From assembly GCA_964518565.1 (NCBI GenBank), contig CAZFGX010000001.1, forward strand, positions 905,553-969,552: 64,000 nt of DNA, given 5' to 3'. Positions within the stretch are counted from its first letter, which is position 1; the number at the start of each line of letters is the position of its first letter. This DNA comes from an uncultured Gammaproteobacteria bacterium. GTDB taxonomy: Bacteria > Patescibacteriota > Microgenomatia > CAZETR01 > Amesbacteraceae. The notes under the pieces were generated by a model. It was not told the DNA's origin. It saw nothing but the letters and a program-made list of their open reading frames with translations, and searched no databases. This document shows positions 60,918 to 64,000 of the stretch, in pieces. Both the position numbers and the translations under genes were made by a program.

Positions 60918-62094
60918 CTACTTTTCCCCATGTTTGCTTCATAAAAAAGAGAGCAAACGCATGAAGTTTCATCAGTTTCATAACTTGATTTCTTGCCCAT
61001 AATTCAAAGGGAGACCCTGGAACAACTGTACGCAGAAGCTTAATATTTTTCTGTTTTTGTTCTACAAATGGCCGAAGCTCTTTTTCATACGCTGGAAAAG
61101 CAATCTTGTAATCACCATCCGCTGCTTTTAGCTCGCCAGCGAGGATATATGCACCGACCATTGCCAACTGTGAGCCATAACCAGTAAGTAGGGTTGGACA
61201 GTATCCTGCATCTCCGACTAAAGCAACGCGTCCTTTTGACCAAGTATCCATCTGCACTTGACTGACAACGTCAAAGAAGAAATCCTTAGTTGTTTTCATG
61301 GATTCAAGCAAGCTTGGTATCTCCCATTCCTTCTCTGGAAATAATTCAGAAAGTAGCTGTTTTTGCCTCTCGGTATCATGGAAATCATATTTCAGTTGTG
61401 TTTCATGTCTCAGGGTAAAAACGGCTATAACCCCTCCCTCTTTCAAGTGGTAGAGTGTCACGCTTTTGCCAGGCATGGTATAAAAACTAACTTCCCCATA
61501 GCGCGATGGGTGATTGGGTATAGTAAATGCTGCAACATAATGCCCCATATACTGCTTGAAGCGTGATTCATCACCAAAGACAAGCGTACGTACTTCTGAA
61601 TGTAGCCCATCAGCTCCTATAACCAAATCGAATTTTCTGCTCTTGCCGCTTTCAAAGGTAGCGTTTACGTCCTCAGCATCTTCAGCAAGCTTCTTTATTG
61701 GATCTCCAAAAATGTAGTCAACAGTATCTTTTGTATAGTCATATAAAATCCGTGCCAAGTCGGCCCTTCGCATGTAGGTAATCTGCCGACCTGTAATTTC
61801 TTTTGTCAGCTCTCCCACATTCATGACTGATATGGGTTTATTGTCCTTATCAACAAAAGTCCATTGATACCCTTCAAACCGTTCTTTCTCTACCTGAGGC
61901 CACACACCCATTCGTTCAAGCACTTCGACCCCTCTTTTGCCATCCAGTCCAAAGATATATCCGCCTTGTCTGGGAACAGGTGATTTCTCAACTACAGTCG
62001 GGTTGAAGCCGTATTTTTTAAGCCAATAGGCAAGTGTTGGGCCAGCAATACCAGCTCCTGAGATGAGTATGTTTTTATTTGTCATATTTTTCAC
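60880..62094 (-). CDS. FAD-dependent monooxygenase (group A flavin monooxygenase, TetX/UbiH-like fold)
   Basis: 404 aa. N-terminal GAGIAGPTLAYWL dinucleotide fold, DLVIGADGLHSEVR, GDAGYCPTLLTGYGSQLA. Confidence 0.8.
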   Translation of the reverse strand: MKNMTNKNILISGAGIAGPTLAYWLKKYGFNPTVVEKSPVPRQGGYIFGLDGKRGVEVLERMGVWPQVEKERFEGYQWTFVDKDNKPISVMNVGELTKEITGRQITYMRRADLARILYDYTKDTVDYIFGDPIKKLAEDAEDVNATFESGKSRKFDLVIGADGLHSEVRTLVFGDESRFKQYMGHYVAAFTIPNHPSRYGEVSFYTMPGKSVTLYHLKEGGVIAVFTLRHETQLKYDFHDTERQKQLLSELFPEKEWEIPSLLESMKTTKDFFFDVVSQVQMDTWSKGRVALVGDAGYCPTLLTGYGSQLAMVGAYILAGELKAADGDYKIAFPAYEKELRPFVEQKQKNIKLLRTVVPGSPFELWARNQVMKLMKLHAFALFFMKQTWGKVVADEAITLKNYD

Positions 62095-62285
62095 TTACTC
62101 CTATGAGCGATTACATGAGTTATCAGGGTAAACCCGAGGGCTACCCACCCAACTACAACTGGCACGAATACATCACCAGCTATATAGTTCTGCAAAACCA
62201 CTGCTGCTCCAAAACCTCCGGCGGTATGGGACAAACTTGACAAAACAACATGCTTTGACCAATATTTAATAGCATTTTCAAACAT
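62091..62285 (-). CDS. small two-TM membrane protein (paralog of 60208..60402)
   Basis: 64 aa. Overlaps the upstream monooxygenase stop by 4 bp. Confidence 0.45.
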   Translation of the reverse strand: MFENAIKYWSKHVVLSSLSHTAGGFGAAVVLQNYIAGDVFVPVVVGWVALGFTLITHVIAHRSK

Positions 62286-62302
62286 TTTTATTCACCTCCT
62301 TC

Positions 62303-63517
62303 CTATAACTTTTCATAGTCTTTTAAGACAAATGATTCACGAAACATTTTCCCATAAGTCATTCTTGCTACAGGGCGAGACAGTAAAGGCGAAGATAAAA
62401 GTTTTAATACATGATTTCTTATCCAGAGTAAAATAGCGCTATCTGGGACAAGTTGCATTCCTGTTCCTCGTGCTTCTTTTGTTTTTTGTTCTACAAAGGG
62501 CTTAAATTCTTGCTCGTATGCAGCAAAGGCGGTCTTATAATCACCGTCTGCTGCTTTGAGTTCTCCTGCCAATATATATGCTCCGATGAGAGATAAACTC
62601 ACACCCCATGCAGATAAAGGGGTGGGGTATCCTGCATCGCCAACAAGAACAACCCGACCTTTTGACCACTTGTCAATTTGAATAAGATTGGCTGAATCAA
62701 ACAGAAAATCCTGCACTTTCTTTGCTTGCTCAAGAATTTCTGGCATCGGCTTCCAGTGAAATTTTGAGAACTCTTCTGCAAACAATTTCTTTTGCGTATC
62801 AATATCGTGGTGATCAATTTTAAATTTTTCAGTTCGTCTAAAAACTGCGTAGACCATTGCGCGGTTATTGGCAAAGCCAAAGAGGGAGATAAATTTTCCA
62901 GGTGTGGTAAATGAGATGTTTGTCCCGATTTTTGTTGGGTAGTCTACCCAAAACGAAACTTGATAGTATCCCATGTAATGGGCTATGTGGGACTCTTCTC
63001 CAAAGACTAAAGAACGTACCTTTGAGTGAATACCATCTGCTCCTATAACAAGATCGAATCTCCTTGTTTTTCCGCTTTCCAATACAACCTCTACACTGTC
63101 TGTGTCTTCTTTCATTGATTGAATAGAGTCACCAAAAATATATTCCACATTTTCTTTTGTTTTGTCATATAAAATCTTGGCCAAATCCACTCTTAAAATC
63201 TGGGTTTGTGCTCGACTTGGGTCATCAAAAGTTTCTTTAAACATCCGCTCTATATCCACTTTTGCTGCAACTTCATTTGCTTCATTCATAAACAACATCT
63301 CTTTGGGACTATATTGTTTTTCTCTGACTTGATCCATGATACCCATTTGCTCTGCAACCTTTATGCCAGTCCCACGAAAATCGACTAAATATCCGCCTTC
63401 ACGAGGTTTAGGTGCATGTTCTACCACAGTAGGGTTAAACCCATACTTTTTGAGCCAATACGCCAAAGATGGGCCTGCAATACCTGCTCCTGAAATAAGA
63501 ATGTTTTTGTTTGTCAT
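62303..63517 (-). CDS. FAD-dependent monooxygenase (paralog of 60880..62094)
   Basis: Start moved to MTNKNILISGAGIAGPSLAYWL…. Same motif set; about 50% identical to its paralog. Confidence 0.8.
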   Translation of the reverse strand: MTNKNILISGAGIAGPSLAYWLKKYGFNPTVVEHAPKPREGGYLVDFRGTGIKVAEQMGIMDQVREKQYSPKEMLFMNEANEVAAKVDIERMFKETFDDPSRAQTQILRVDLAKILYDKTKENVEYIFGDSIQSMKEDTDSVEVVLESGKTRRFDLVIGADGIHSKVRSLVFGEESHIAHYMGYYQVSFWVDYPTKIGTNISFTTPGKFISLFGFANNRAMVYAVFRRTEKFKIDHHDIDTQKKLFAEEFSKFHWKPMPEILEQAKKVQDFLFDSANLIQIDKWSKGRVVLVGDAGYPTPLSAWGVSLSLIGAYILAGELKAADGDYKTAFAAYEQEFKPFVEQKTKEARGTGMQLVPDSAILLWIRNHVLKLLSSPLLSRPVARMTYGKMFRESFVLKDYEKL

Positions 63518-63518
63518 A

Positions 63519-64000
63519 CTATGATGCCCTACTTCGTAGTAGCCGAACGCCATTTAACACCACAAGCACTTCACCAAATTCATCAATAAATAATATGTGA
63601 CTAACAGATAACAGCATAAAGACTGCCAAAATCATCATGCTCACTTGTAGGACAGTTGAAAAGAGTAGGTTTTGTTTAACGATCTGCTTTGCATAATAGG
63701 AGAGGCGAATTGCTTCAGGAATTTTGCTTAAGTCATCACCCATGATGGCAACGTCGGCCGCTTCCAGTGCTGCGTCAGTTCCGGCTGTTCCCATTGCCAT
63801 ACCCACAGAGCTTTCCGCAAGAGCCGGCGCATCATTAATGCCATCACCAACCATGACTACATGACCATATTTCTTTTTCAACTCCTTAATTTTTTCTACT
63901 TTTTGATCTGGCTTGAGTTCAGCAAAAATCGTATCTACCCCAAGTGACCTACCTATCTGTTCTCCAACTAAGGTATGGTCACCAGTAAGCATGACTGTTT
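63519..64000 (-). CDS. heavy-metal-translocating P-type ATPase, C-terminal part (N-terminus beyond window)
   Basis: The hinge motif VGDGINDAPAL and the final two TM helices. The gene clearly continues past coordinate 64000. Confidence 0.85.
   Translation of the reverse strand, partial: TVMLTGDHTLVGEQIGRSLGVDTIFAELKPDQKVEKIKELKKKYGHVVMVGDGINDAPALAESSVGMAMGTAGTDAALEAADVAIMGDDLSKIPEAIRLSYYAKQIVKQNLLFSTVLQVSMMILAVFMLLSVSHILFIDEFGEVLVVLNGVRLLRSRAS

Larger units (their letters stand above)
58040..64000. mobile_element. putative integrated island adjacent to the tRNA-Ser genes (continues beyond window end)
   Basis: A large serine recombinase gene lies immediately next to the tRNA pair. The plus strand switches from C/A-rich to G/T-rich at about 58.1 kb. 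Cargo genes: FAD monooxygenases, PAP2 and a P-type ATPase. No second boundary is visible in the window. Confidence 0.4.

Overview
This window is a roughly 45% GC bacterial chromosomal segment. Most genes lie on the minus strand, and most are short genes for unknown or DUF-type proteins, which is typical of a small-genome, possibly Patescibacteria/CPR-like organism; that taxonomic placement is inference only.

Recognisable housekeeping genes:
- a DipZ-like CcdA-thioredoxin fusion and a fasciclin protein
- 2,3-bisphosphoglycerate-independent phosphoglycerate mutase and enolase
- a DEAD-box helicase and MscL
- the dnaG-rpoD pair
- a UDP-sugar epimerase, a YbaK deacylase and a TrhO-like rhodanese
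- a CarS-like protein plus a CDP-alcohol phosphatidyltransferase
- an AT-rich glycosylation locus (GT2, GT2, GT4, two FkbM methyltransferases, DUF2142, two GT-C-like membrane proteins)

Seven tRNA genes are present. I read one of them (tRNA-Asn GUU, minus strand, 37845..38106) as split by a ~190-nt group I intron carrying recognisable P7 R/S-like elements. Two minus-strand tRNAs have partial duplications of their own 5' ends in their leaders.

The last ~6 kb (about 58.0-64.0 kb) changes strand composition. It begins with a large serine recombinase next to a tRNA-Ser pair, so it is a candidate integrated island. It carries two tandem modules of an FAD monooxygenase plus a small membrane protein, a PAP2 phosphatase and a P-type ATPase.

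The regions most worth a second look as possible undescribed systems are two unknown-function loci. The first (23.0-26.1 kb) has a serpin-like protein and a lipoprotein flanked by two tandem pairs drawn from one four-member small-protein family, with duplicated 5' regions. The second (26.99-29.3 kb) is a five-gene operon of unknown proteins behind a consensus sigma70 promoter with an operator-like palindrome. Also notable are an orphan minimal Ku-like protein, a protein made of three topoisomerase-type zinc-ribbon repeats, and islands of small DUF/VOC proteins.

All family assignments are from motif recognition by eye; no database searches were run.
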